From the NCBI RefSeq assembly GCF_040938485.1, contig NW_027271236.1, positions 1,984,001 through 2,048,000 of the forward strand: a stretch of 64,000 nt of DNA. The letters run 5' to 3'. Source of the stretch: Diadema antillarum. Its lineage: Eukaryota. How positions within the stretch are numbered: the first letter of the stretch is position 1; every line of letters begins with the position of its first letter. Position numbers and translations under genes: made by a program. Below, piece by piece: positions 11,524-23,500 of the stretch. The notes below the pieces were generated by a model. That model saw nothing but the letters and a program-made list of their open reading frames with translations, was not told the DNA's origin and did not search any database.

Positions 11524-13582
11524 TATCAGTACCCGAATAGGCATTGGTGCACTTATGGATAGCATTGGTGTAAATTTGGATAAATGACATCTCGCAAAAA
11601 TATCTGTGTCCTCCATATAGGCAAAAATATGTTTACATGAAAATAACAGGTTTTTACAGTAAGTGCAACCTATCATAGAATAGGTCACATGTAATCTGGA
11701 CAGTTTCACCTTCATTGATGTGCACTTTGTGAATGCATCCAATTGATTTATTGTCTATACTGTATGATTGTGATATAATAGCTGTGATTATTGAAGATTG
11801 ATTTTGGCAATGAACTTTGTGTAATAATAAGTAAAATTTTCTTTATCTGAGTTTTAGAATGGATTAGTTATTCATTTTGGGTCATTCCATCTTTAACATG
11901 TCAGTCAATTGTTTATGGATTTGATCAGTGAACAGATCCACAAGAAACTCTTTGGTTATCATTTGTAGAATGGCTTTCGGTATCAATATGTAGTACACAC
12001 AGTATCTTGTCCGGAAGGTCAAGCAATCAAATTTCTTGTCTGCTTCCAAAGAAAGATCCTCACATCTCTTGCATTCATGAGTAGCATTTGATTTTTGAGA
12101 CATGGAGGATGTACATGAAAGAGTGTACATGTAAATGTAGTTATTGCAGAATGCAGTTAATATCTACTCCATGTTACAAGAAAACAATTGTAAGAATCTT
12201 ACTTTTTGCTCTGTAAAAGACGATGGAAAACATGTGCATCTGTATATGGCAAGGAGAATTTAGATCGCTCCTGTATGCAATAAATATCTCTCAAATGGCA
12301 TTATGAGTTTCACAGTGATTGTAGTGTTGTCATGAGAAATAGCTACTGGTATGTTGTATAGCAGGTTCAAAAAATAAAGTGATATTACAAATATGTTCTT
12401 GGTGTTCTACAAATACATTACATTTGATTATGGTGTCAAGGAAAAGAAGTGATATCGAGTGATGGGGGGGGGGGGGGGGGAGTGATATCTGACATACATA
12501 CATTAATCAGGCTTTCTCCCATTGTTGATATATGCATTTGTTACAGGAAAAAAAAAAGTTCTTCCACTGGGTCTAAGAACAGCAATACATAACAGATGGA
12601 CCTGAACAGACATACTATCAACCATGCATTATTTACGTACCCATTTTCTCATCAAGGTATACATTCAAAGAGACATTCAACATATACAGTCAACTTCAGC
12701 CAAGTCAAATAAAAAAGACCAGAGATAGCCCTTCAATTTGCATGACTCGACTTTCGCAATAAAGTAAACAAATGTTGGTACAATGTAACTCCCATGTGTA
12801 GATTGTTTCTTTGACTTGCCCAGTTTTCTGACTTCAGTCAGGTTGACATAGGCGAGGTTTCTCAATAATAACTGTATGTGAATATATGTGGTTGTACATG
12901 TATGTGTGTGTGTGTATGTGTGTCTGTGTGTGGGTGTGTATGTGTTTGATGTTGTGGTGCCCTCTTCTTGAGTTTGCCATTGCATTACTAATGGAGTCAA
13001 ACTAAGTGGTTACTTGCTAGCATTGATCAATAATGGGTGGGAAAGCGGAAAATACACCAGCGTATATTTCAACACATGGGACCTGTGATAGTTCAGGTGA
13101 TGAAATACTGTATCAGTAACAGTAGGCAACATCCTATACCATACAAGTGTGAACCGAATAAATTTCTTCAAGTTTTGAATTTATGGCGACAGTTCATGAT
13201 TTTTTATCTCATTTCAGCAAAAAAAAACACCAAAAAAAAAAACAACAAACAAACAAAACAGTGACAACAACACAATGCTGCATAAATCATCTTTCCCTTC
13301 TGACTTTCCTCAAAAATAAGATATTTCAAAGAAATGATACAAATCACTTGTTGGCTTTCTTCATTTGCATAGATCCAATAGAAGAGGAAGCAGAGTTTCT
13401 TGATATGCTATACAATTTGTAGAATATTTTTGTTTCACTTCACCATGACGATATATTTCAGTGATAGGCCTGACCCATCTTAAAGGTGAACTCCTGTGCT
13501 ACTCCTTCAGTTGCAGATGTCTGTATATTTGTCAGTGGCGGATAAGGGGGGGGGGGCACCAGATTCTTGCCCCCTTCTCTCT

Positions 13583-13618
<36 letters not shown>

Positions 13619-14149
13619 CTTGTTAGCCAATGAAACCAGGAAGTGGCACCAGAAACAAACAAAGAAACAAAACTTACACAGGAGCATTTTTTTTTTTTTT
13701 TTTGCATGTCAGCTGATTGAACCCGGAAGTGGCACCAAAAAGAATTTTTTACGAAAGTCCTTGATCCTCCCCTGTTTGAATATAATGTATATGCGAGTGA
13801 TCATAATCCTATATATGGTGATGATGATGAGGGAAAAGCACTCCATGAACCCAAATACTCAAAATGAAGTGAAACTTTTCCCCAGTGTTTTTATTCAGCA
13901 TTTTCATTTTTTTTTTAATCCTAGTGAAGTATCCACTTTTTGGTGTAATTCTTACTGTTTGGCTGGCGAACTGAAGTGTATAATAATATGGTACGTTACA
14001 GTTTTAATAGTAATCCTAATGATAATTACAGTCTGTTCTGAACCTATGATCACATTAAAAACTGTCAGCTGTAGTTTCGCGGTTGTCATCAGGTATGGAA
14101 TGTGAAGACTATGATCTGTATGAAAGGGGTCAAAGTTCACATTTGACCA

Positions 14150-14560
14150 TAACACAGAGGTCGAGCATCTGGCTGGCTGGGTGTTGTTACGTTATCCGGT
14201 GTGCGGCACGGTGTATCCGAGGAGTAGGTAGGTTCGTATACTGTACCGTACCCGTGGCCGTACCCACATCGCATACAACACCGCACCGGTTGCTGCTGCT
14301 GACAAAAGAAAATCCCCGAATCATGATTGCGGTTGGTCCAGAATGTTCGCTGGGGAAGTGATTTGAGTCTGCTGTGTGGGATTCAAGATTCGAAAGCTGA
14401 TATTAATTGTATGAAAGAGGACGAGTTGATTCGGTATTCCCCACCTGCCTGGGAAGTTCAGTTCTGACTGAGTCTGTCGTTGGCAAAGAAAGGATACAGC
14501 GTAGCCTAGCCAGCCTGTCTGCTGTAGCGCGGTGTGTGTAGGTAGGTATGTAACACCATT
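14150..14560 (+). promoter_or_regulatory. CpG-rich region; candidate UBE3C promoter and non-coding first exon
   Basis: Local CpG enrichment and a donor-like gtag|gtaggtatgt near 14550. The UBE3C ATG exon is preceded by a pyrimidine tract and acceptor (tttttacttgtag near 17452). No transcript evidence. Confidence 0.45.
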
Positions 14561-14805
14561 TTCCTCCTCGCTCGCTGGCTGCCGATCGTCTACGAACTGT
14601 AAATAATAACGCCGTAAATCACTGGTAAAACTGGCTAAAACCATAATGTTAATGGAACAGTAACACTTGCGCCCAATGAATGGTGTCCATAAATACGGAC
14701 TTAATATTGGGCAAAATGTTAGTACGAAACGAAACATATCATAGGAATAGGATAAGGACATTTTCACATCAAGTTGACTTTTACTGAGTCGATCAGCATG
14801 ATCAG

Positions 14806-14950
14806 TTGACCGACAAGTCTGTCTAATTCCGCGAAAAACTTCTCATTTATAATGAATGACATTTTCTGGGTCAGTTTTAAAAACTGACCCAGCAAATGTC
14901 ATTATTATAAATGAGAAGTTTTTGCGGAATTAGATAGACTTGTCGGTCAA
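14806..14950. mobile_element. 145-bp hairpin MITE with 9-bp TSD (MULE-like)
   Basis: Palindromic along its length, centred on ttttaaaaa. Termini TTGACCGA...TCGGTCAA; direct repeat CATGATCAG at 14797-14805 and 14951-14959. Confidence 0.82.
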
Positions 14951-15536
14951 CATGATCAGTAAAGTTTTAAAAGGTTCACTCGGCTACTGCTAACTTACAA
15001 ATTAAATTTATGAGTTTAGAGGCTACATCTGTTTACATAACATTGGTAAATTTTAAATTTCTTCAGGAGAGGTTGCCTTTGTCATGTTCACTCTGATCTT
15101 TGGGTTTGCTGATCTAAATAGAGATCTACAATTAATGTAACGTTAGGGCGTACTCTGTAGTGGGGTCTATTGACTATAGCGTTTATCAGTTTGCATCCAT
15201 GGAGAGGCAAGTGCTTAGATGTTGAATTAGATTAGCCATACTAGTGTCATTTTAATTAAATATTACTGGCAATACTTGATACTGCTCACCGCTCATGCAT
15301 GTCCTAAATAAATGACAGGACAGGTGTAACCCAAAGAATTTGACCTGCAACTAATCAATGCAATCATTCCTGAAATCACACGTACTTGTCATTGACAATT
15401 CAATTTATAGCAAGCCGCCCATAATTTGACCATACAATGTAGCTCCATCCAAAGTTTGATCGCCAGCTGCATGTAAAGTAGGTGTCTAACACATCGACAG
15501 TGTACACAGTACATTGAAACGGACACCCATCTATTT

Positions 15537-16626
15537 CAGTTCGGGAAACCCACTCACAAGGGGGGCCCCTCCTTATAAGTAACCCGTCCCCCGTATAAGT
15601 AACCCCGTCCCCCTTATAAGTAACCCCAGGGGCACCCCTTATAAGGAGTCTCCACGCTTTTTTGCAATGCAACGCGAAAATGAAAGGACTGCGGCAATTC
15701 GCTTGATTATGTCCATAAAGCTTCACAAGTTTCCTAGTTACTCACGAAATTTGTCTAATTTGTCATATCTAAAATCATGGATTTAAATGCGATGTCAAAC
15801 GACCCATGCGAATGCTGAAATGCGAGCGATTACTGGCGTGAGTGTCGCCAGGCGCGGCGGCGCGGCAATGCTTGAGTGCAGACGTGGCGACTGAGTACGG
15901 AGACTTTCGTTCATTCAGGTGGCTTTAAATGAAGGAAAAATAACAAAAGTAACGAAGTAGTCAACCACCTACCTTTGCAATTGGTATGCATATATACAAA
16001 AGGATACGTTCCCATAGGGTTGTCCAGTTGAAGTCGTCCCTAAACAAAAATTTTAAGTTGAAACTTGCAAGTTTCGCCGATGAAGCTTGAAATTTCCAAC
16101 AGCTCCCGCATTCAGCAAGTTGTTCAGCGCAGCTCGCTGGAACATATCCTTTTGTATATATGCATACCAATTGCGAAGGTAGGTGGTTGACTATTTCGTT
16201 ACTTTTGTTATTTTTCCTTCATTTAAAGCCACCTGAATGAACGAAAGTCTCCGTACTCAGTCGCCACGTCTGCACTCAAGCATTGCCGCGCCGCCGCGCC
16301 TGGCGACACTCACGCCAGTAATCGCTCGCATTTCAGCATTCGCATGGGTCGTTTGACATCGCATTTAAATCCATGATTTTAGATATGATGCCTCGAACCG
16401 ATTTTGCTCAAATTTCGTGAGTAACTAGGAAACTTGTGAAGCTTTATGGACATAATCAAGCGAATTGCCGCAGTCCTTTCATTTTCGCGTTGCATTGCAA
16501 AAAAAGCGTGGAGACTCCTTATAAGGGGTGCCCCGGGGGTTACTTATAAGGGGGACGGGGTTACTTATACGGGGGACGGGTTACTTATAAGGAGGGGCCC
16601 CCCTTGTGAGTGGGTTTCCCGAACTG
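15537..16626. mobile_element. Foldback-type element, copy 2 (1090 bp; arms about 476/488 bp, 126-bp unique spacer)
   Basis: Same termini and arms as copy 1, plus a further inverted segment of about 120 bp. Spacer 16013-16138. 4-bp direct repeat ATTT at 15533-15536 and 16627-16630. Confidence 0.93.
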
Positions 16627-17505
16627 ATTTATAGCATTGCACGTAAAGAACAAGCTTTCACGCATGAGACTACCCGCAATGGTTTTGCATTCTTCACTCG
16701 AGATTTGATGATGCCGAAATACTGAAAAACCTGATAATAAACAAGATCAACAGCAAAACAATGACACCGTACATTATGGATGCACATTCATTGGAAAAGC
16801 ATTACATGCATTTCACACGTATTGTCAATAGAGGGTAGGGGTGTTGGTTTCAAAACTACAGCACAACTGAGTGTGTTACAGTTTAAGATATTAACCCACA
16901 TGTTCGAAGCCTGAGTTACCTTGTATCGCAAATCACATTTTTAATGCGCTCTTGTGAATTCAGAGTATTTTCTTTACTTGTGAGTAAAATTTTAGGCAAA
17001 ATGTGAGATATTTCAAATATCTGTTGATAGAAGAAACATTAGGGTGTCGAGGTGTTGGACACCCAACTATACCTGGTACAATTGTAGTTCCTCCTATGCT
17101 CTTGCGTGCTGTCGAATTTCGTCACAGGAGGTCAAACTTCGCTGGATTTGGTGCAGGTTTTTTAGTGATTCAAATCTTTACAAGATCATTGAGTTGCTGA
17201 AAAGGTAGACCCTACAGTCTAGATCCTACATGCTTTCATTTGTGTGCCTTAACCATCATGTGCATTTAATAAAGAAATGTACAGCAAGAGCAACAAGTTA
17301 TACCTTCTCAATATTTTCAGCATTTTGTACATAATTTGTCATATGAAGAGAGAAAATTGTATGTGACATCGTGTTTCAGGATGTGATTGTTATGTAGAAA
17401 TACCTAAATTCAAAGTTTTGAAATATCGTTAATTTTATTTTTTACTTGTAGGCCTAAACAGTGTAGAGACTTCATCGTTCCAGCAGCCACAGAGGAGGAG
17501 CCACC

Positions 17506-20500
17506 ATGTATAGTTTTGACGGTGACTTTCGGAGGAGACCGGTGGTGTCATTGAGAGGAGCCAGCAAGAAGGTTAGCCCCTGTCAAATCACTGCTATCAG
17601 CTAGTCCTACTGGACATTTTCATTGTCATGCTGCCATGCAGGAAGTGCCTGCAGTAGTCTGATGGTAGCTTTCTGCTGAATTAAACCTTGCTCACACCAA
17701 GCCAGAATACAGTACAACCTCCAGAAGCTGTGTTTTGTCTACCCTTGTCCACTATTTTATCCATGAACTGTTAAAAATACCTACCTCTGTAACAGTAATC
17801 CCTTCAGGGTAGTTGCGAAGTCACCATCATTATCTAGGTCTGTCTTCTGAACTCTCTCCTATTTATCATCTCGTCATTTATATTATTCTATGATTTTACT
17901 TTATAATGTGATACACATCTTTACTTTGCTTTTGGTTTGATAGGTAATTCAATATTATGAAGTGTTTGTCTTAAATTACAGTTGTACCCCTTAAAATGTG
18001 TACAATGTATTATTTCCATACACTTGGCAAAGTAAATTGATAAACGATATGATACCTTTAATATACATAATGCTTTTCCTTGCACCACATCTAGAGATTT
18101 TCTTATATTTGGGAAGCTTTTATCTTATATCCTCATGACATGGTGCATGCCTGTTGCTGAGCAGGGAGTGCAAAGTTTGCTGCCTAGCATTGATACTTGC
18201 AGTAACATCAGGAGAATGGCGTAACGATTAAATGCGAGCGAGCGGGGCGAGCGAGCTTGAAAATTTTGACATTTTACAGTCCAAAATCTGCCGTTTGTAG
18301 CTATATTTTTTCGCTTTGGAAATTGAGGAGGTGGGGGCACATCGGGCACAAATGCTGGCAATTACTGGCAGCAACATCAGGAGAATGGCATAACGATTAA
18401 ATACGAGCAAGCGGATCGAGTGAACTTGAAAATTTTGACATTTTACAGTCCAAAAACTGCCGTTTGTAGCTATGTATTTTCGCTTTGGATATTATGGGGG
18501 GGGGGGTTCACCGCGCGCAGCTGCTCGCAATTAATGGTAGCAACATCAGGAGAATGGCATAAAGATTAAATGCGAGCAAGTGAAGCGAGCGAGCTTGAAA
18601 ATTGTGACATTTTACAGTCCTCAAACTGCCGTTCGTAGCTAAATTTTTCGCTTTGGAAATTAAGAGGGGGGGGGGGGGTGCCCGGTGCGCCTCCCCCCAC
18701 CCCCCGGATCCGCCAATGGTAGTCAAGGGTGTCGGTTTATGTTCATGATTGGGGGAGGTATGACCAGCAAGGGGGCGTTGAAGTGACCAAGCAGGGGAAG
18801 GATGTCCAAAATCTGCACTTTAGAGCATCCCCTAATCGATTGTGTTTGTGTGTGTGTTTTTGTGTGTGTTTTATATTCATTGAAAAATTAGGAAATAGCC
18901 CAGGTCAAGTCTTATCATTGGCAATGCAAGGCATTTTAATATAGACTAGTATGTAAAGCAACACTGCAAAATAAATGATCTAGCTTTGATATAACGAAGC
19001 GTATTCCAAGGTCACAAAGGTGTACATTCTACATCACATTACGCAACATTGCAGCGACTCTTTTTGCCGTTCGGATGTTCTCATTACACTGCGCATATCC
19101 TGCTTATATTCAGAATGCCAACCAGGAATCACGCTGAATCACAATCTTTTGAACAATGTTTCACACTATATACCTCTTTAATTATGGTCAAAAGAAATCT
19201 TAGAAAAATATCTTATTTCTTGATCACCCTTTCATGTCAATTTCAAAAGCAGTTTACTAACCCTTGAATTACCATTTTGGTAAGTTGTTGTTGTTTTTTA
19301 CCAGCGGATTGCCCCCCCCCTGTAGTTAATAATACTAAACATTAATTATATGATATGGGGGCATGTGCCCCCCTGTAGTTAACAATACTAAACATTAATT
19401 ATACGATATGGGGGCACGTGCTCCCCATGCCCCCCCCCCCCCCCCCCCCCCCCCCGTAGTTAACAATACTAAACATTAATTATATGATATGAACTGTGCT
19501 CCTCAGTGAAGTATATCAAATGAATTCCTTTGTGCTTTTAAATTATGCAAGTTAGAATTACATTCAGATGATGAATCTGATCTTCCTGTGTTGAAAGCTG
19601 TATGAGTGACATACATATTGCATTGTTGTGTGTGTTTTCCCCCAATAGGAGGCGACTGCATCTCTGTTACAAAGAAATCAAGAAGAGAGACGGAAGAGAG
19701 AAGTAAGTTGTGCAATAAAAGGTATATAAAAGTGCTTTCAATACAGATGTTGCCTAGATTCTGGTAATTAAAAGTGGTATATTGATTTTTATTATTGGCT
19801 GATGCCCTTGTGTCATCTGTGCAATCATTTGCTGAAGCATTTACAGTATAAATGCATGATCTCTACTTTCTGTGGACAGTCATTTTGTGTAGGTTTTTTT
19901 TTAGTGGCATGTTTTCATTTATTTTATGAAGTGTATTGTCAAAAGATCCTATATTGGGGGGTAAAACATTCATGTAGTCCAGAAAACAGTGACTTGACTG
20001 TTTGTTTGTTTTATGTTTGTGTTTGTTTGTTTGTTTTATTTATACAATACCTTGTACCAGTACACTGTATTGAAAGTTTGAAGTCATTACTTGCAGTTTT
20101 GATGGACTGAATTCTGTTCAGTTATGATTGACTGAAAAAATATAGCTGACTCAACAGAGCAATTTGGAACATGATATAACAATGCAATGCTATTTTGATT
20201 TATGATGTATCAAAAGGGAAATACAGCATGTATGATTAGTTTTTTTTCGGTTGCATTTTTGTTTGTTTATTTGCAGGCAGAAAGAAACCGCCTGAGAAGT
20301 GCCACAAAGATACAGTCATTTGTGCGGGGCTCCCTCTGTAGACACAAGCTAAAGAGAAGCCACCGACGGGAGTGGGATGAGAGAGTTGCAGCTGCGGCCA
20401 GAGAGCTGGTCGATGTGCAGACAATGTCCAGTCTGCAGAGATTATTGATTCACTTCTACAACTCCACAGAAGATATGCAGAGACTGGTATGGGCACAAGA

Positions 20501-23500
20501 TTCATTCATTCTTCATGCCAGTATATTAATTTAGGCTGTCATTCAAACCAAAGTGGAAGAGTTATGTGGGATCTCCAGCTTGCTACCTCAAACATCTTTC
20601 ATTCATGTGACTCATATTCACATTAGAGAATTTTTAGGAGATATTACAGATCAGTTGTCCAAGTCACCTTATAAAAATATTTCAGTATTGTGCCTCCTTT
20701 GTAAACTATGTCATAATTGTAAAGTGTAACTTTGACTTTAGACAAGCAGAATTAGACATTTGTTTGATTTTATATGTTACTTCATTCTCAAGTATTGAAG
20801 TTGAAACTGTGTTTGCGATAAAAGACACCATATGATTTTCTCATCAAAATGAATATCTTCATTCTGTTCTTTGAATGTGATTCATTCACATTTTCTCTGA
20901 CCTTTTTCTTTGTTTTACCTACCTGAAAGTGAAGAAATAATTCCTTGACAAGGTAATGTCTCATTCTCTACTGATTTTCTTGCCTTCCAGACCTGGTTGT
21001 GTCAGTGCCTCCTGAAGCAGAGAGAGACTAGCATCCGATTGTTACAGCAGGAGCACCAAACTTGGCTGCATCAAATGATGCACATCTTACAGATGTGCTG
21101 CAGGTCAGAGAATAGTCATGGTTTATTTTCAAAGTCAATGACAGTTTCTATAGCAGACTGTGTAAAGCGCTAGTTCTTCAGTGCCGGACAAATACTGCTT
21201 TATGCCAAAATGGAACAAATGTTTGATTCACTAATATACTCCTTGACTTGCAATGGTGAGGTTGAAGGGGAGGGGAGTCTCAATATTAGTATTGTAGTGA
21301 CTATTCAAATTGAATGGAGAGCCACTAGGAAACATCCATAGTAAATGTCAGAGACTTAAGTTTACACTAGCATCAAGGTCAGCTTGAAGTAAAATGCCCC
21401 TCCTATCATCCCACCTCACCATTTCCTAATCCCAACTCACCTCCCCCATAAGAGCAAAGCAGAGAAGCCATACAAACACATCAATAATGAGTATTAATGA
21501 AGGTGCTATTGGTTGAACCCTTTGTTTAAGCACAGCTAGATTCCTGATATTAAGGATTTTCCTGTCTTTCTGTCCAGTAATGGAAGAAGTTGGATCTGTG
21601 ATGATCCCTATACCAAGGTTGATGTTCTATAGGGATGATATAGGTAAAACTTACTTTTCATGCCTTCTTCACCCTAGTATCACATTTCCCCCGTGACCCT
21701 TCCAACCTTCTTCTTCCCCCTCTCCTCCATGGGTCTTCTTCCTCCCCACTGACTTCCAAACTCTTTACATAATTCTTACTCTATTTTAATTTGTATTTCT
21801 CCATAAGGCATAATATGAGATCCCGCTCGTGCATGCGCCAACAATTCCCTCGCAATATGGCGCCATTCTGAAATGTCTCTCGCCGACTAGATTTCTAAAT
21901 CGTGATCTATCACCGTATTCCCTTGACTTCGTCATTATTTAAAGCTTCTACGTTTTTGTTTGGATGCTAGTAGTTTACGTGCGAAACTGATTTTGATTAT
22001 TTTCCTGCCGTGCAGAGGGAAATTTTCATTGGTTTGTTGGGACTTTTCAGTTCGCATGGAAGGGAATGCAGCAGCGGAGGTGAGGCCGGCACAGCCGTGC
22101 TCTACACCTGGAACTTCGGCCCAGATGCATTAATCCTTAATAAGGCCGTGACACACCTTTCCGGGCAAGCCTTGCGTGTGACTTGCAAAGAACAATTTTG
22201 ACTACCCGGAGGTCCCTGTAGATGATCCGCACATGACAGAACCTAGCATGTATCTCAATCGTAGTCGCCCGGAGGTGCGCACGCATATTTTTTTACCCGC
22301 AACCGTGTTTAGGCCCTGTCACACCTTTCCGGGCAAGCTACTCGGGCTTGTTACGTGTAGGGATTTTCTAGCATACCGGACATTCCTGAGGGTGGAAAAG
22401 GATTTGAGCGAGTCAGCGCATGTGTCTTACTTGCTGGACGCGTTCTACTTAAATTATACTTGCGAGTATACTGTGTGACCTTTATACCAGTCGCGTGGGG
22501 GCTGACAACTCAGTGAAGGAATTCCTTTAATGGAATGGCTGAAATCCCACAGAATTTCATTATCTTGGCTGCATACGAGACTGTGAAGTACCTGCGTGGG
22601 AGTTGCCTGGGAAGTGCTACCGCTAAGGGCCTCCTACTGGCGTTCTGCGTGGACCTCTACGGGCATTCCCGCGACTCACCCGGAAAAAGTTTTGGTCATG
22701 CTCAAAACTTGGCTGTGGTTAAATCGGACTTGCGTGAGCACCTCCGGGCAACTACGCGCTAGATACTGTCAGGTGCGGACCAACTGCGGAGAGCTCCGGG
22801 GAGTAAATTTGTATCCCCGCAAGTCAAGCCGCAAAACTTCCTCCGTACGGTATGACAAGGCATGAATGAAAATTGCAAACATTCTTGTTCGCCCGCTGAA
22901 AATCTTCTACGTGCTGGAAACTACCTCCTCGCCACAAGCCCGCGTAGCTTGCCCGGAACGGTGTGACACGGCCTTTACAATTGTCTATGTCTCCTATCCT
23001 GTCTTCCTTGGTGCAACCTCAACTTCCAGCTCACCACTGCCCTTTGACTCTGACTATATACCTTCATTACCCTCTCCCTATATTGCTTCCATCCTTCTCT
23101 CTCCTCATTCTATTGTCTTCTTTCGCCAAACCACAGTCCTTTCAAAGACTACATACACATGGTGTTACCACAAATCTCTCTTCCTATTAACTCTTGAATC
23201 ATCTTGATATTTCTTATCTCCAGACTCCTTGAAGCCCCTTCGTCTACACCAGTCCCCATGCCCCTCAGGATGCTGGAGGTCTACACTGATCTCAATACCT
23301 ATCAACAGTATGGAATAGCCCTGGAATATGCAGTCAGGACTGTAGCATCGCTACAGATGCATCTCGTCCAAAATGGTGAGTCATTCTCCCATTCATTCAT
23401 CTACTCATTTACACATTCACTCATTTGTTTAGTTTTACATGTTTGTTTCCTATCTGAATATTTAGCATGGTATAACTTGTCGCTTGAGAATGAGAAGGGA

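Noticed and set aside
13461-14105. 214-aa ORF
   Set aside because: Driven by poly-T and low-complexity sequence plus a MITE end; no recognisable motif.
22010-23207. Cluster of + strand ORFs in UBE3C intron 4
   Set aside because: They lie in transposon-derived or CT-rich sequence; no transposase motifs or splice chain.
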